From a virus (Duplodnaviria > Caudoviricetes), in the IMG/VR virus record IMGVR_UViG_3300025390_000030, positions 1-30,176 of that record: a stretch of 30,176 nt of DNA. One strand, given 5' to 3'. Below are positions 16,749 through 26,411 of this stretch, piece after piece; position 1 is the first letter of the stretch, and each line of letters opens with the position of its first letter. A model generated the notes under the pieces. It had not been told where the DNA came from and did not search any database. It worked only from the letters and a program-made list of their open reading frames with translations. A program made the translations under genes and the position numbers.

Positions 16749-17567
16749 TTATCCTTTCCTAACGAATTGTGCTTTGTTTGGGGCAAGTGGGGCGTCCATG
16801 TTTACCCTGTTGCCATTGCGATCTTTGTAGAATCTGTAAACCACAGATGCACCGTCATCAAAATTGCCCTCTGGACCAAGGCCACTGCGCGGTGTGGGTT
16901 CTGCCGCCATGTCTTGGTTCTTGCGTGTCACCGGCTTGGGAGTGTGGTAGTTGGCATTGAAATCCTGCAGATCCTGCAGGGGCTCACGTGCGGCCACTTT
17001 GTCCATGTCAAGCCAACTGAACAAAGGCGCAGCTGTGTGATATTGATCGCTGGGCCTTGTGGACTTGGTGCTGGCCAAGTAATCCAAAAATCTCTTGTTG
17101 TAGGCATCACCATAGATATCAGTGATCACCGGCTGTTCTATGTCTTGATAGAATCTGTCTGTGCTGAGTCGTGCGGCTGGCACTAGATCATCATCTGCAG
17201 CAGCCTGACTGAATGCCCGATCGGTCATCACACCGTCGGCATAGATTTCCACAGGTTCCACTGCTGTGCGAACCACAATGTTTTTCTCAGGCACATTCAT
17301 TACTTCCCGTATGCCCTGCATGACAATATAGCTGCTGAGCGGCATGTTAGTGATGAAATTGATTTGATACACATGATGGTTGGGCTGATCAATAAACTCT
17401 CGTTTGTCGCCTTTGAGCACAATTGGTGCAGTCATTTCCAACAGACCAAACTGCATGAGATAACGCTCAACTGCATCCAGCTGTTCATCGCTGGGTTCAA
17501 CTGCCAGCTTGATCACAAACCCATGCTCTCGGGTGCTTTCTGCTAGATACTGTCTGAACGACTTCAT
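16749..17567 (-). CDS. putative head protein with a capsid-targeting-like N-terminus
   Basis: MKSFRQYLAES resembles the T4 internal-protein targeting sequence MKTYQEFIAE; TAAATA at 17594-17599. Confidence 0.65.
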   Translation of the reverse strand: MKSFRQYLAESTREHGFVIKLAVEPSDEQLDAVERYLMQFGLLEMTAPIVLKGDKREFIDQPNHHVYQINFITNMPLSSYIVMQGIREVMNVPEKNIVVRTAVEPVEIYADGVMTDRAFSQAAADDDLVPAARLSTDRFYQDIEQPVITDIYGDAYNKRFLDYLASTKSTRPSDQYHTAAPLFSWLDMDKVAAREPLQDLQDFNANYHTPKPVTRKNQDMAAEPTPRSGLGPEGNFDDGASVVYRFYKDRNGNRVNMDAPLAPNKAQFVRKG

Positions 17568-17592
17568 GGCTACCGTTGCTCCAATGTGGCAG

Positions 17593-18069
17593 TTATTTAG
17601 TGTCGTCCTGGATTTGGCCCAGCTGCCGCAGCAGTTCATTGCGATCCATGAGTGTGGCTCGCACATCTAAAGGATCACCTTCAGGTGGTTTGGTGGTGCG
17701 ATCAAGTTTGAGCTTGTCCAGCTGCAACTTGAGCATTTTGAGCTTTTTGTCAATCTTATGGTTCTTGGCATCCACTGCTATCTTCAGCATTTGACTGCTG
17801 CTGCTGAATATCTCACCTGCATGACGTATTTCCACGTTCATACCAAGATCCTGCAGATCCTTGTGAGCTTGTATGGCTAGATCAGCTAACTCATCCATCT
17901 CAGTGTCATGCAGATCACGCCCCTGCGCAGCACTAAGCTGACGATCTATGTCGTCTGCCATGGCCAGAGCATCTGCCACTTCTTGATCATCGGGCGGTGC
18001 AGTCTCAATGTCAAGTGTGGACGGCGCTAGATCAAATGCATCTTCAAGGTTTTTGAATCTATTGGCCAT
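17593..18069 (-). CDS. putative terminase small subunit
   Basis: 158-aa helical/coiled-coil protein ending DRNELLRQL, in the packaging module. Confidence 0.45.
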   Translation of the reverse strand: MANRFKNLEDAFDLAPSTLDIETAPPDDQEVADALAMADDIDRQLSAAQGRDLHDTEMDELADLAIQAHKDLQDLGMNVEIRHAGEIFSSSSQMLKIAVDAKNHKIDKKLKMLKLQLDKLKLDRTTKPPEGDPLDVRATLMDRNELLRQLGQIQDDTK

Positions 18070-18518
18070 CAGCGGGTCCTTTTGGCATGCTTTGGTTTAG
18101 TTATGTAGATTTGCGACTCTGTGAGAATTCTAAAGGTCATGCCGTGTTTCTTGCACCACGACATGGCCGCTGCCCATTTGGCAGTATTGAGCACGAGGCT
18201 GACCTTGTCCCGCTTGCTTTTGGCATTTTCCAACATGGCCTCTTTGGCTGGTTTGACCTCCACCACTTCTGCACGACGCTTGCCATCTTTGTCTTGATAC
18301 AGCACCATGAAATCTGGCACATATTGGCTGGGCTTGCCAGTCAGTGGGTTGATGTAGGGTATACGTATGCTTTCGCTGGCCCACTGTATCACACTGGGAT
18401 GGCTGTCAAGAAAGTTCATAACTGTGAGCTCCCAGCTGCTGCGAAACTGAACATCAGCCTTGCCTACCAGTTTGGCAGGATTCTTAGGTATAAAACGTCC
18501 TTGACTGTATTTGGTCAT
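18069..18518 (-). CDS. head completion nuclease (T4 gp4-like, TnsA-type fold)
   Basis: QGRF.PKNP.K, RSSWE, WASE, Y.PDF, EVKP, KW.AA and F.ILTE motifs. Confidence 0.9.
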   Translation of the reverse strand: MTKYSQGRFIPKNPAKLVGKADVQFRSSWELTVMNFLDSHPSVIQWASESIRIPYINPLTGKPSQYVPDFMVLYQDKDGKRRAEVVEVKPAKEAMLENAKSKRDKVSLVLNTAKWAAAMSWCKKHGMTFRILTESQIYITKPKHAKRTR

Positions 18519-18994
18519 CAGCCGGTTATTGCCGCTGCTATGGTTGGACCCAGGGTGGGATTATTGCTCCACAGCGGCGCGGGATTGATACCCACATATC
18601 CCAGCTGGCTGGTGGGCAGACGTATGCTGTTCACAGTGGCCAAAAAGTCGTTGATCATCACACCCTGTTTGAATAGGTTGGTCACTGGTTGTCCGGTCTG
18701 GCTGGCATAGTACACAGCCATATTGGCCAGCACTTGTACCAGTTGGTCGGGCACATCTGGCCCGCCGAACAGGCCCAAGGCCAATTGATAGGCAGTGGCG
18801 CCCATGTTGGCCACATAACGCGGTGGACTCTGACTCAGAGCATAGTTGGTATAGTCGTTGGCCTGTGCAATGGGCATGCCATTGCTGTTGGCCCATTGAA
18901 ACTGTCCACCCTGATTTGATATCTGCAACTGACCGCTTTGCAGTGCCAACTGCTTGCGTATATTGCTTTGTATGATGTCTCTGTTAGCGCTCAT
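18518..18994 (-). CDS. hypothetical structural protein
   Basis: 158-aa ORF coupled to gp4 in a late operon. Confidence 0.65.
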   Translation of the reverse strand: MSANRDIIQSNIRKQLALQSGQLQISNQGGQFQWANSNGMPIAQANDYTNYALSQSPPRYVANMGATAYQLALGLFGGPDVPDQLVQVLANMAVYYASQTGQPVTNLFKQGVMINDFLATVNSIRLPTSQLGYVGINPAPLWSNNPTLGPTIAAAITG

Positions 18995-19002
18995 CTGTGG
19001 TC

Positions 19003-20928
19003 CTATACAAGATCATATGGATAAACCACCGGTGGTGGTTCATTGTCTGACACACTGCCTCCAAACACACTGGGGTCATTCAAACTGAGAAATGCTGCAG
19101 TGGTGCTGCCGCTGTTGGCTGCACTTTCTGCCAGCCCCACTCCTATGCTGGGCTGTGGTGCAGGCTGATATGTGGCTTGATTGAACCCTGTGTATATACC
19201 CTTGTTTGTATACTCCGGATTGCCCACTGCATTGCTGAGGCTGGCCGTGCCCAGCTGCACGCGCTTTCTAGCTGCTGTGATCTGCTGAGGTTGTGTGAGG
19301 TAAGTCTGAGGTGCATTGTTGCCGTTGCTGTTAAGCTGACTGCGTGTGCCCAGTTCCAAATTTGGCTGACGCTGACCAGCAGCTCGCACCGGCAGGGCCG
19401 ATCCCACTGCTTGGTCCAGAGACACAGCACCGCTGGCACTGCCCACTGCTGTGGGACTGTAGGGAGTGATTGCACCACTGCTATTGGCAGCAGCAGGAAC
19501 CTGACCACTGCCAAAATTGTAGCTGCCTCCTCCGGGCAAGCTGCTGCTTCCACTGAGATTCACGGCCTGAAACAGATCAGTTGTGGGAATGGTGATAAAT
19601 GCAGTGGTCTGAGGCAACTGACCGCCCGGCAGACCAGCCAGTCCATAGCTGGAGCCCACAGACTGATTGCTGAGATTCTGTCCAACGCCGTAGATCTTGC
19701 CATTGGCCAAACTGATGATATGACCAGATGACGTGCTGATGCTCTGACCATAGGCAGTGTTGACCAGCACACCTGTCAATGCCTGACCTGTGCTGGCATT
19801 GACCAACTGGCCCGATGCAGACACTGTTAATTGCGCAGTGGGTGTGTCAATGGTCTGATTGGCCAGTGTGGCAAAAATACTGCCGCCTGATTGAATTGAC
19901 AGCTGTCCGTTGACCACTCCAATGCTGGCACCCACTTCACCAGTGATGCTGCCCAGCACTGTGTCGGCTCCGGCACTGGCAGCAAATGCAAACTGCCCAC
20001 TGGGAATCAGTGCTGTCAATGGCTTAGGAAATCTGCCACCCAATACATTATTGACCAACCCACCAACATAGGCGTTGTAACTGGCTCCGCTGAAACCAAA
20101 ACCATTAAACACACCACCAACGGGAGCAGTGAGAATGGAGTCAGGCTGTTGAGGTAGGTCCGGAATACCAGGCAGGCCGGACCGTGTGGGCAGATCGATT
20201 TGTGGAACCTGCACATCTTTGGGTTCTAGATATTGGCTGGCATCAAAGCCAAACTGAGCTGCTAACCCAGCATCTATGTCGCCACTATCATACTGCAGGG
20301 TTTCGTATTCCAGTGTCATGCGTATTTCAGCTAGACTGCTGTCACTGCTTTCATATGCACCCCAATCTATTGTGCTGATCTTGGGGTTCAGATATGAGGT
20401 TTTGGTATATTTTTTATTGTACAAGGCATAGAGATCCAACGTGGTGAAAAATGAGATCTGTTCTGTCAGTGGACGCAGACCCCAACCTGTGCTGTCATCA
20501 AACACGCTGTCCACCGGACTGGACTGCATGGTAGTGGGAGATTTGAGACGCACATCCCCAAAATAGTAGGCAAAATACTGTATCCATAGATCAAATGGCG
20601 CATTGTCAACTGTGTCATAAATGGTAATTGTCACAGGTTTGTATTCTGTTTTCACATAGGCATAGCGCTTGCGATTGTATTGATTCAGTTCTCTGACCTG
20701 CAGATCCACACTGGGCTTGTCTATGCCTTTGATCTTGAAACTGATGCCATTTTGCCATCCACTGATGTTCTTGAGACTGGGGAACATGGTCAGAGCCTGC
20801 GTATTGACACCAAAATTAGCATAATACATGTACTTGATACGAGGTATCCGAGACATGTATTGACCATTATTGCTGGTCCCGTAAAAGACCGATGCATAGT
20901 TGGTATTTTGTAGAGTTTTAGTTGCCAT
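19003..20928 (-). CDS. tail-tube-fold protein (gp19/gp48/gp54-like) with a long low-complexity C-terminal extension
   Basis: IDKPSV..LNQYNRKR..YKPVTITIYD..NPKISTIDWG..MTLEYE pattern; TAAATA at 20933-20938. Confidence 0.6.
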   Translation of the reverse strand: MATKTLQNTNYASVFYGTSNNGQYMSRIPRIKYMYYANFGVNTQALTMFPSLKNISGWQNGISFKIKGIDKPSVDLQVRELNQYNRKRYAYVKTEYKPVTITIYDTVDNAPFDLWIQYFAYYFGDVRLKSPTTMQSSPVDSVFDDSTGWGLRPLTEQISFFTTLDLYALYNKKYTKTSYLNPKISTIDWGAYESSDSSLAEIRMTLEYETLQYDSGDIDAGLAAQFGFDASQYLEPKDVQVPQIDLPTRSGLPGIPDLPQQPDSILTAPVGGVFNGFGFSGASYNAYVGGLVNNVLGGRFPKPLTALIPSGQFAFAASAGADTVLGSITGEVGASIGVVNGQLSIQSGGSIFATLANQTIDTPTAQLTVSASGQLVNASTGQALTGVLVNTAYGQSISTSSGHIISLANGKIYGVGQNLSNQSVGSSYGLAGLPGGQLPQTTAFITIPTTDLFQAVNLSGSSSLPGGGSYNFGSGQVPAAANSSGAITPYSPTAVGSASGAVSLDQAVGSALPVRAAGQRQPNLELGTRSQLNSNGNNAPQTYLTQPQQITAARKRVQLGTASLSNAVGNPEYTNKGIYTGFNQATYQPAPQPSIGVGLAESAANSGSTTAAFLSLNDPSVFGGSVSDNEPPPVVYPYDLV

Positions 20929-20939
20929 CACCTATTTAT

Positions 20940-22235
20940 CAGCAGCGTTAGCTGCGTTGAGCGTAAAGCCGCGACAGCTTGCTGCGCGGATGGATAGCGA
21001 GCTCCATAAATACCCGCATGAAGTTGCGTTACAAATATAGGATCTATCCCACCGCAAGTCAAGCACAGAAGATGACTGCTGTGGGCGGATCAGTGCGATT
21101 CCTATACAACCACTTCCTAAAGGTTAATATTGATGAATATGCAGCAACCAAGAAGTTTGTGTGGTATGCAGACATGGCACATAGATTGGTTGAGCTGAAG
21201 AAACAACTACCCTGGCTATCTGATACCTACAGCCAAGTGCAGCAGCAGAGCCTCAGGGATTTGGATTGTGCACTTAAGAATATCAAGAAAACAGGTGCTG
21301 GATTTCCGCAGTTCAAAAGCAAATATACTACACCAATCTCATTTCGATATCAACAGCACACATCCATCTCAGCCGATGGCCGATATGTCAATTTGCCCAA
21401 GTTGGGTCAAATACGTATCCGATTGCATCGTGAGTTGCCCAGCAGCTACACCGGCTGTACCATAACCCAGTCACCAAGGGGTTGGTATGTGAGCCTTGTG
21501 GTTGAACAACAGGAACAGCAATTGGTTGAAGATGTCATCAATACAGTGGGCGTAGACGTCAATAGTGCGTTCACAGCACTGTCAACTGGTGAGCTGATTG
21601 CCAACCCACGCCCGTTGTCAAAGAAATTCAAACACATCAAATGCCTACAACGCAAACTGTCAAAGAAGCAAAAAGCAAGTAGGAATCGACTCAAAGCAAA
21701 ACAACGACTGGCTCGTGCCCATGATCAGGTGCGTGGCCAACGACTCGACCACATACACCAGATCAGTGCGAGAATAGCCAAATCGCATGACTTGGTGTCA
21801 GTTGAAACACTGAAAATTGAAGAAATGAAGCGAAAAAGCAAACCCACAGCTCGAGCCATAGCTGATGCGGGCTGGGCTCGGCTCGCATCAGCTATTGAAT
21901 ACAAATGCCGACTCAAAGGCCATCATTTTGTCAAGATCAATCAGTGGCTACCCAGTAGCAAAACCTGCAGCTCATGCGGACACAAGAAATCACAATTGGA
22001 TCTCAAACAAAGAGAATATCATTGTGAATCTTGTGGACATACACAGCATCGCGATGTGAATGCAGCAGTGAATATTGCAAACTGGGGACTTCAACAATGG
22101 TCAATTGATCACTCAAGGCAGGGACTGCCTGATGCGCCTGTGGATGTGACCTGGGACCTGCTTGCCAATTGGGGTGAGCAGTCTCAGTCACAAGCGAAGC
22201 AGGAAGCCACGTGAGCTTGCTCCGTGGTAGTTCAC
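20940..22235 (+). mobile_element. IS200/IS605-family tnpB-only element, copy 1
   Basis: Left hairpin at 20969-20989 preceded by AAAG. Right hairpin at 22207-22227 preceded by GAAG. Ends TTCAC; inserted after TTTAT. Left boundary defined by similarity with copy 2. Confidence 0.85.
21018..22214 (+). CDS. tnpB: TnpB RNA-guided endonuclease
   Basis: YKYRIYPT N-terminus, RuvC motifs GVDVN, VETL and RDVNAA, and a CSSCG..CESCG zinc finger. Confidence 0.93.
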   Translation: MKLRYKYRIYPTASQAQKMTAVGGSVRFLYNHFLKVNIDEYAATKKFVWYADMAHRLVELKKQLPWLSDTYSQVQQQSLRDLDCALKNIKKTGAGFPQFKSKYTTPISFRYQQHTSISADGRYVNLPKLGQIRIRLHRELPSSYTGCTITQSPRGWYVSLVVEQQEQQLVEDVINTVGVDVNSAFTALSTGELIANPRPLSKKFKHIKCLQRKLSKKQKASRNRLKAKQRLARAHDQVRGQRLDHIHQISARIAKSHDLVSVETLKIEEMKRKSKPTARAIADAGWARLASAIEYKCRLKGHHFVKINQWLPSSKTCSSCGHKKSQLDLKQREYHCESCGHTQHRDVNAAVNIANWGLQQWSIDHSRQGLPDAPVDVTWDLLANWGEQSQSQAKQEAT

Positions 22236-22380
22236 CAGTAATGGCTGTGATAGGGATGATAACTGTGATATGGCCGATGCACAGGCGCAACCACACAGGC
22301 ACTCAGAATCAAACATGCTGCAGCAACTGTCAATAATCTTGTCATGGCATCTGTGTTCCCAAAAAATCACCTAGAGCAGA

Positions 22381-22407
22381 CACAGGCTCTGTGTTGCAGA
22401 GCCTGTG
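22381..22407 (-). terminator. hairpin downstream of dnaK
   Basis: 11-bp stem CACAGGCTCTG/CAGAGCCTGTG with a weak U tract. Confidence 0.5.
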
Positions 22408-22417
22408 GTGTGTGCAA

Positions 22418-24268
22418 TCAGTCAGCGGCACTGTTGGTATCTGACATGGGCTCAGCAGCTGCTGCAGCCTGAGTCTTGTATACCACTTCACCGATCTTCA
22501 TCAGACTCTGGTTGAAAGCTTCCAGCTGTGTGCGCATGGCCGCAGCATCATGCTCTGCGATCACAGCACGCACCTTGGCAATTTGGTCGGTGACCTCTGT
22601 CTTGAGATCTTCAGGGATCACTGACTCATGTTCTTTCAGCTGCTTTTCCGTCATGAGGATCTGCGCTTCGGCACCATTGCGTGTGTCGATCACATCACGC
22701 TTGGCACGATCAGCTTGGGCATTGTCCTCAGCTTCGCGGATCATGCGTGAGATTTCCTCTTCGCTGAGACCGCCGCTGCTCTGAATGGCAATCTTCTGCT
22801 CCTTGCCAGTGGCTTGGTCTTTGGCACTGACATTCACAATGCCGTTGGCATCAATGTCAAATGTCACTTCGATCTGTGGCGTGCCACGAGGTGCAGGAGC
22901 AATGCCAGTGAGCTCAAAGTTGGCCAAGCTCTTGTTGTCGCGTGCCATCTGACGTTCACCTTGGAACACTGCAATGGTCACAGCGGGTTGGTTGTCAGCA
23001 GCAGTGCTAAAGGTCTGGCTCTTTTTGGTGGGAATGGTGGTGTTGCGTTCAATCAGCTTGGTAAACACACCGCCCAGGGTTTCAATGCCCAGGCTCAGAG
23101 GTGTGACATCCAGCAACAGCACGTCTTTGACGTCGCCCTGCAGCACACCGCCCTGAATAGCCGCACCCATGGCCACCACTTCGTCTGGGTTCACACTGGT
23201 GTTGGGTTCCTTGCCAAAATACGCCTTCACAGCAGCACGCACAGCGGGAATGCGTGTGCTGCCGCCCACCATGATCACGTCTTTGATGTCTGCAACACTC
23301 AGTCCTGCATCTGCCAGTGCTGCTTGGCAGGGTGCCATGGCACGAGCAATGAGATCATCAACCAAGCTCTCAAACTTGGCACGACTGATCTTGACCAAGA
23401 GATGCTTGGGACCTGCGGCATCAGCGGTGATATAGGGAATGTTGACTTCAGTTTCAGTGGCAGAGCTGAGTTCAATCTTGGCTTTTTCAGCAGCTTCGCG
23501 CAGCCTCTGCAGAGCCAGCTTGTCGCCACGCACGTCAATACCTTGGCTCAGCTTGAACTGATCGGCAATGTAGTTGACCAGGCGATTGTCAAAGTCTTCA
23601 CCGCCAAGGTGAGTGTCGCCATTGGTGCTGAGCACTTCAACCACGCCGTCGCCAATGTCCAACACACTGACATCGTGTGTGCCAGATCCGCAGTCAAACA
23701 CCACTACCTTGCCACTGCCGCCCTTGTCCACACCAAAGGCCAAGGCCGCAGCCGTGGGCTCATTGATGATGCGCAGCACTTCCAAACCTGCAATACGGCC
23801 CGCGTCTTTGGTGGCCTGACGCTGTGCATCATTGAAATATGCAGGCACAGTGATCACAGCCTTGCTCACGCTCTTGCCCAGATAGCTTTCTGCAGTGTCC
23901 TTCATCTTGATGAGGATCTGTGCACTGACATCCTGGGGCGAATGGTCTTGGCCGCGAGTCTGTACCCAGGCATCACCATTGGTCGACTGCACAATCTTGT
24001 AGCTCAGTGTCTTGATGTCCTGCTGCACAGCTGCATCGCTGAACTTGCGACCAATCAGTCGCTTGACTGCATGCACGGTGTTTTCGGGATTGGTCACGGC
24101 CTGACGCTTGGCACTGGCACCTACCAACTGTTCCTTGTCTGTCCAAGCAACCACGCTGGGAGTGGTGCGTGCACCTTCGGCATTTTCAATTACCTTGGCT
24201 GAGCCGTTTTCAATCACTGCCACGCAGCTGTTGCCGGTTCCCAGGTCAATACCAATTACATTGCTCAT
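22418..24268 (-). CDS. dnaK: Hsp70/DnaK chaperone
   Basis: [29 protein letters not shown] and [14 protein letters not shown]; AAGGAG RBS. Confidence 0.97.
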   Translation of the reverse strand: MSNVIGIDLGTGNSCVAVIENGSAKVIENAEGARTTPSVVAWTDKEQLVGASAKRQAVTNPENTVHAVKRLIGRKFSDAAVQQDIKTLSYKIVQSTNGDAWVQTRGQDHSPQDVSAQILIKMKDTAESYLGKSVSKAVITVPAYFNDAQRQATKDAGRIAGLEVLRIINEPTAAALAFGVDKGGSGKVVVFDCGSGTHDVSVLDIGDGVVEVLSTNGDTHLGGEDFDNRLVNYIADQFKLSQGIDVRGDKLALQRLREAAEKAKIELSSATETEVNIPYITADAAGPKHLLVKISRAKFESLVDDLIARAMAPCQAALADAGLSVADIKDVIMVGGSTRIPAVRAAVKAYFGKEPNTSVNPDEVVAMGAAIQGGVLQGDVKDVLLLDVTPLSLGIETLGGVFTKLIERNTTIPTKKSQTFSTAADNQPAVTIAVFQGERQMARDNKSLANFELTGIAPAPRGTPQIEVTFDIDANGIVNVSAKDQATGKEQKIAIQSSGGLSEEEISRMIREAEDNAQADRAKRDVIDTRNGAEAQILMTEKQLKEHESVIPEDLKTEVTDQIAKVRAVIAEHDAAAMRTQLEAFNQSLMKIGEVVYKTQAAAAAEPMSDTNSAAD

Positions 24269-24356
24269 GTTTTCTCCTTTTGATAAGCAAGATGTATGTG
24301 CAGCCTGCCATCAGCCCGACTGCACATGCTATATATGCTGGCTGATCAGTTGTTTG

Positions 24357-24809
24357 TCAATTGGCCAAACGCGCAAAATCCACGCTGCGCATGCGCAGGA
24401 TCTTGGTTGGTGTCGCTGGCGGTTCTCCCCGCTGTATGGCATGCACAGCATCCATACCATAGATCACTCGCCCCCACACTGTGTATTGGCGATCTAGAAA
24501 CTGTGCATCACGAAAGCAGATAAAAAACTGATCACTGGCGCTGTTTGGATCATTGGTGCGTGCCATGCTACATATTCCTTCGGTGTGAGGAACATCATTG
24601 AACTCTGCCTGCAGCCGCGGCAATTCCTGCTTGGTCCATCCGCCTTGGGCCATGAACCCATCTATCACTCTGTGGAAATCAGTTTGGTCGTATAAACCGG
24701 CATCGGCCTGACGCAGTATCTGCGTTACATGATTTGGAGCCTTATTTGGGTAACATTCTATGAGAACGTCTCCGTGTGCTAATTCCATTTTCAATATAGG
24801 ATTAGACAT
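24357..24809 (-). CDS. cyclophilin-type peptidyl-prolyl isomerase
   Basis: FHRVIDGFMAQGG, SMART..PNSA..QFFI and LDRQYTVWG. Confidence 0.95.
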   Translation of the reverse strand: MSNPILKMELAHGDVLIECYPNKAPNHVTQILRQADAGLYDQTDFHRVIDGFMAQGGWTKQELPRLQAEFNDVPHTEGICSMARTNDPNSASDQFFICFRDAQFLDRQYTVWGRVIYGMDAVHAIQRGEPPATPTKILRMRSVDFARLAN

Positions 24810-24811
24810 TT

Positions 24812-25174
24812 CTAATTTCCTTCTCGCGTGTTATCTAGCATGTCATTTGTATAATCAAGCTTTAGCATGATTGTAAATTTCTTATTACGCTGTAGGCCAT
24901 CTAGTTTTGTGTAGTCCTGGCTACAGAATCTGGTACAAGGCCAGCACAGCCCCTGATCCCAACTTGCTTCTAGCTTGTTCCATCCTGCCCCAGTTTTGAT
25001 CTCAGCGATGCTGTGTTGTTTGACATCCATGGTATCAAAGCTATCACCGAGGAATGATTTCACATCCTTGATGTATGGTTCATTTGCTATCCAGCAGCAA
25101 GGGAAGAAATGACCGTCTACGCTTAGGTACGGCGGTATCTGCGGTGATTTGCAGCGAGGAAAAACCCTAGACAT
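24812..25174 (-). CDS. SPASM/twitch-like Fe-S domain protein
   Basis: C...YLSVDG..FPCCW...C..FC; its ATG at 25174 overlaps the end of the radical SAM ORF. Confidence 0.65.
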   Translation of the reverse strand: MSRVFPRCKSPQIPPYLSVDGHFFPCCWIANEPYIKDVKSFLGDSFDTMDVKQHSIAEIKTGAGWNKLEASWDQGLCWPCTRFCSQDYTKLDGLQRNKKFTIMLKLDYTNDMLDNTREGN

Positions 25175-25784
25175 GCAATTGAGCCCTGATGCTATCCAGT
25201 GAATTGGTCGGAGTAAGTGGTTGATTTGGTTTGTTACGTGCACTACCGACCAATGTAAATTGATCAAATCCCAGCGTCTTAGCGAGATCAACGGCATCCT
25301 GCAATGCATGCTCATTGTATGCAAACAATATGTGCTTCCAGATCAATTGCAATTTGCTGGGACCATGTTGCCTCAATATTTGAATTGCTGACTCTATGGT
25401 TGGCCATTTGCTGTTTACTCTATAGATGTGATTAGTAGTTGGCGTGCCGTCGATGCTGAAGGTAATACTGTCCGAGTCCTGCAATAATCGCGCAGTAGTT
25501 TTCCACCATTGGTCTGATCTGAACGCGCCATTGGTTACGATGCCAAATATCACGTGCGGTTGATCAGCACGCAGCGCAGCTATCAATTTATGAAATTCTG
25601 CATGATAGATAGGATCACCGTGATTACCACACATCCATACCTTATCAAACCCTCGACAAGCCGCTACGGCTGATACTATGGAACAATCCTGTACGATGAT
25701 ATCAGATAGATATGCAGTTCTCGGACACTGCGGACACAATAGTGTGCATCGACTGCTGGGTTCAATATGTATGACGTTCAACAC
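25167..25784 (-). CDS. radical SAM protein
   Basis: CTLLCPQC (CxxxCxxC), CGNHGDP, TNG and FSIDG. Confidence 0.88.
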   Translation of the reverse strand: MLNVIHIEPSSRCTLLCPQCPRTAYLSDIIVQDCSIVSAVAACRGFDKVWMCGNHGDPIYHAEFHKLIAALRADQPHVIFGIVTNGAFRSDQWWKTTARLLQDSDSITFSIDGTPTTNHIYRVNSKWPTIESAIQILRQHGPSKLQLIWKHILFAYNEHALQDAVDLAKTLGFDQFTLVGSARNKPNQPLTPTNSLDSIRAQLHV

Positions 25785-25879
25785 GGCAGCACAACACCTG
25801 ATCTATTATCAAAGTCCTGTATCATGTTCAGCACTGTGCCATGTGCCAAGTCCATCTTGAGCAGAGGTTTGTCTGCCAT
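25778..25879 (-). pseudogene. 33-aa ORF carrying a cyclophilin N-terminal fragment
   Basis: MADKPLLKMDLAHGTVL versus MSNPILKMELAHGDVL of 24357..24809; GGAG RBS. Confidence 0.65.
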
Positions 25880-25936
25880 GATCACTGCTCCTGCAATTCT
25901 AATGGTCCGTGGAGAATCATGTCTGTGTCTAGCAGT

Positions 25937-26005
25937 TCACAGCCTAGGCTCACAAGCAAACCATTCCAGTGCCTGCGTCTTGAGATCTTGGATTTGTTTG
26001 TTCAT
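25937..26005 (-). pseudogene. truncated paralogue of 27014..27259
   Basis: MNKQIQDLKTQALEWFACEPRL* versus MNNQIQELKTQALEWFARERGL. Confidence 0.75.
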
Positions 26006-26026
26006 CGCTTTGTCTCCTATCTCTCT

Positions 26027-26055
26027 AATATAGCATGAAATAGACACCGTGTCAA
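26027..26055 (-). promoter_or_regulatory. early sigma70-like promoter
   Basis: TTGACA-N17-TATATT with TGC extension. Confidence 0.7.
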
Positions 26056-26110
26056 CTGATTTGTCTAGGGCCAGTCATTCTTCAACCCTGAAATGTTGAA
26101 CACATGATAT

Positions 26111-26161
26111 TCAATTTCGAGACTGTTCCTGCCAAAACAATTCTCTAATACAATCGTTCAT
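26111..26161 (-). pseudogene. truncated paralogue of 26411..26599
   Basis: MNDCIRELFWQ versus MNERIRELFRQ. Confidence 0.55.
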
Positions 26162-26355
26162 CATCGGTCCCCCTTTGTGTTCCTGATCAGTATCCTAGTG
26201 GGCTCAATCCTGTCCACAGCTACCCACTCCACACCATAGGATTGAACCAACTGGGGAATCTCAACCTCGGCTTGTTCCAACGTGTCAACCGTCTTGTAGG
26301 TACCGTTTGGGCTGCTGATCCTAAACTTTACCGTATCACCCCTGTAAGCCATCAT
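26161..26355 (-). CDS. small hypothetical early protein
   Basis: 64 aa, coupled by ATGA overlaps. Confidence 0.6.
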   Translation of the reverse strand: MMAYRGDTVKFRISSPNGTYKTVDTLEQAEVEIPQLVQSYGVEWVAVDRIEPTRILIRNTKGDR

Positions 26356-26411
26356 TCGTCTCCCAAATCATAACCCAACTCTTTGGCCCATCGTTCTTCG
26401 TGAGTCATCAT
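26352..26411 (-). CDS. 19-aa mini-ORF MMTHEERWAKELGYDLGDE
   Basis: Exactly fills the gap, with TAATG and ATGA stop/start overlaps. Confidence 0.45.
   Translation of the reverse strand: MMTHEERWAKELGYDLGDE

Noticed and set aside
20940-22417. TnpB as a Cas12-type CRISPR effector
   Set aside because: No repeat-spacer array is visible, and IS605-type ends are present instead.
22814-24202. 462-aa plus-strand ORF
   Set aside because: Well-known antisense frame of dnaK genes.
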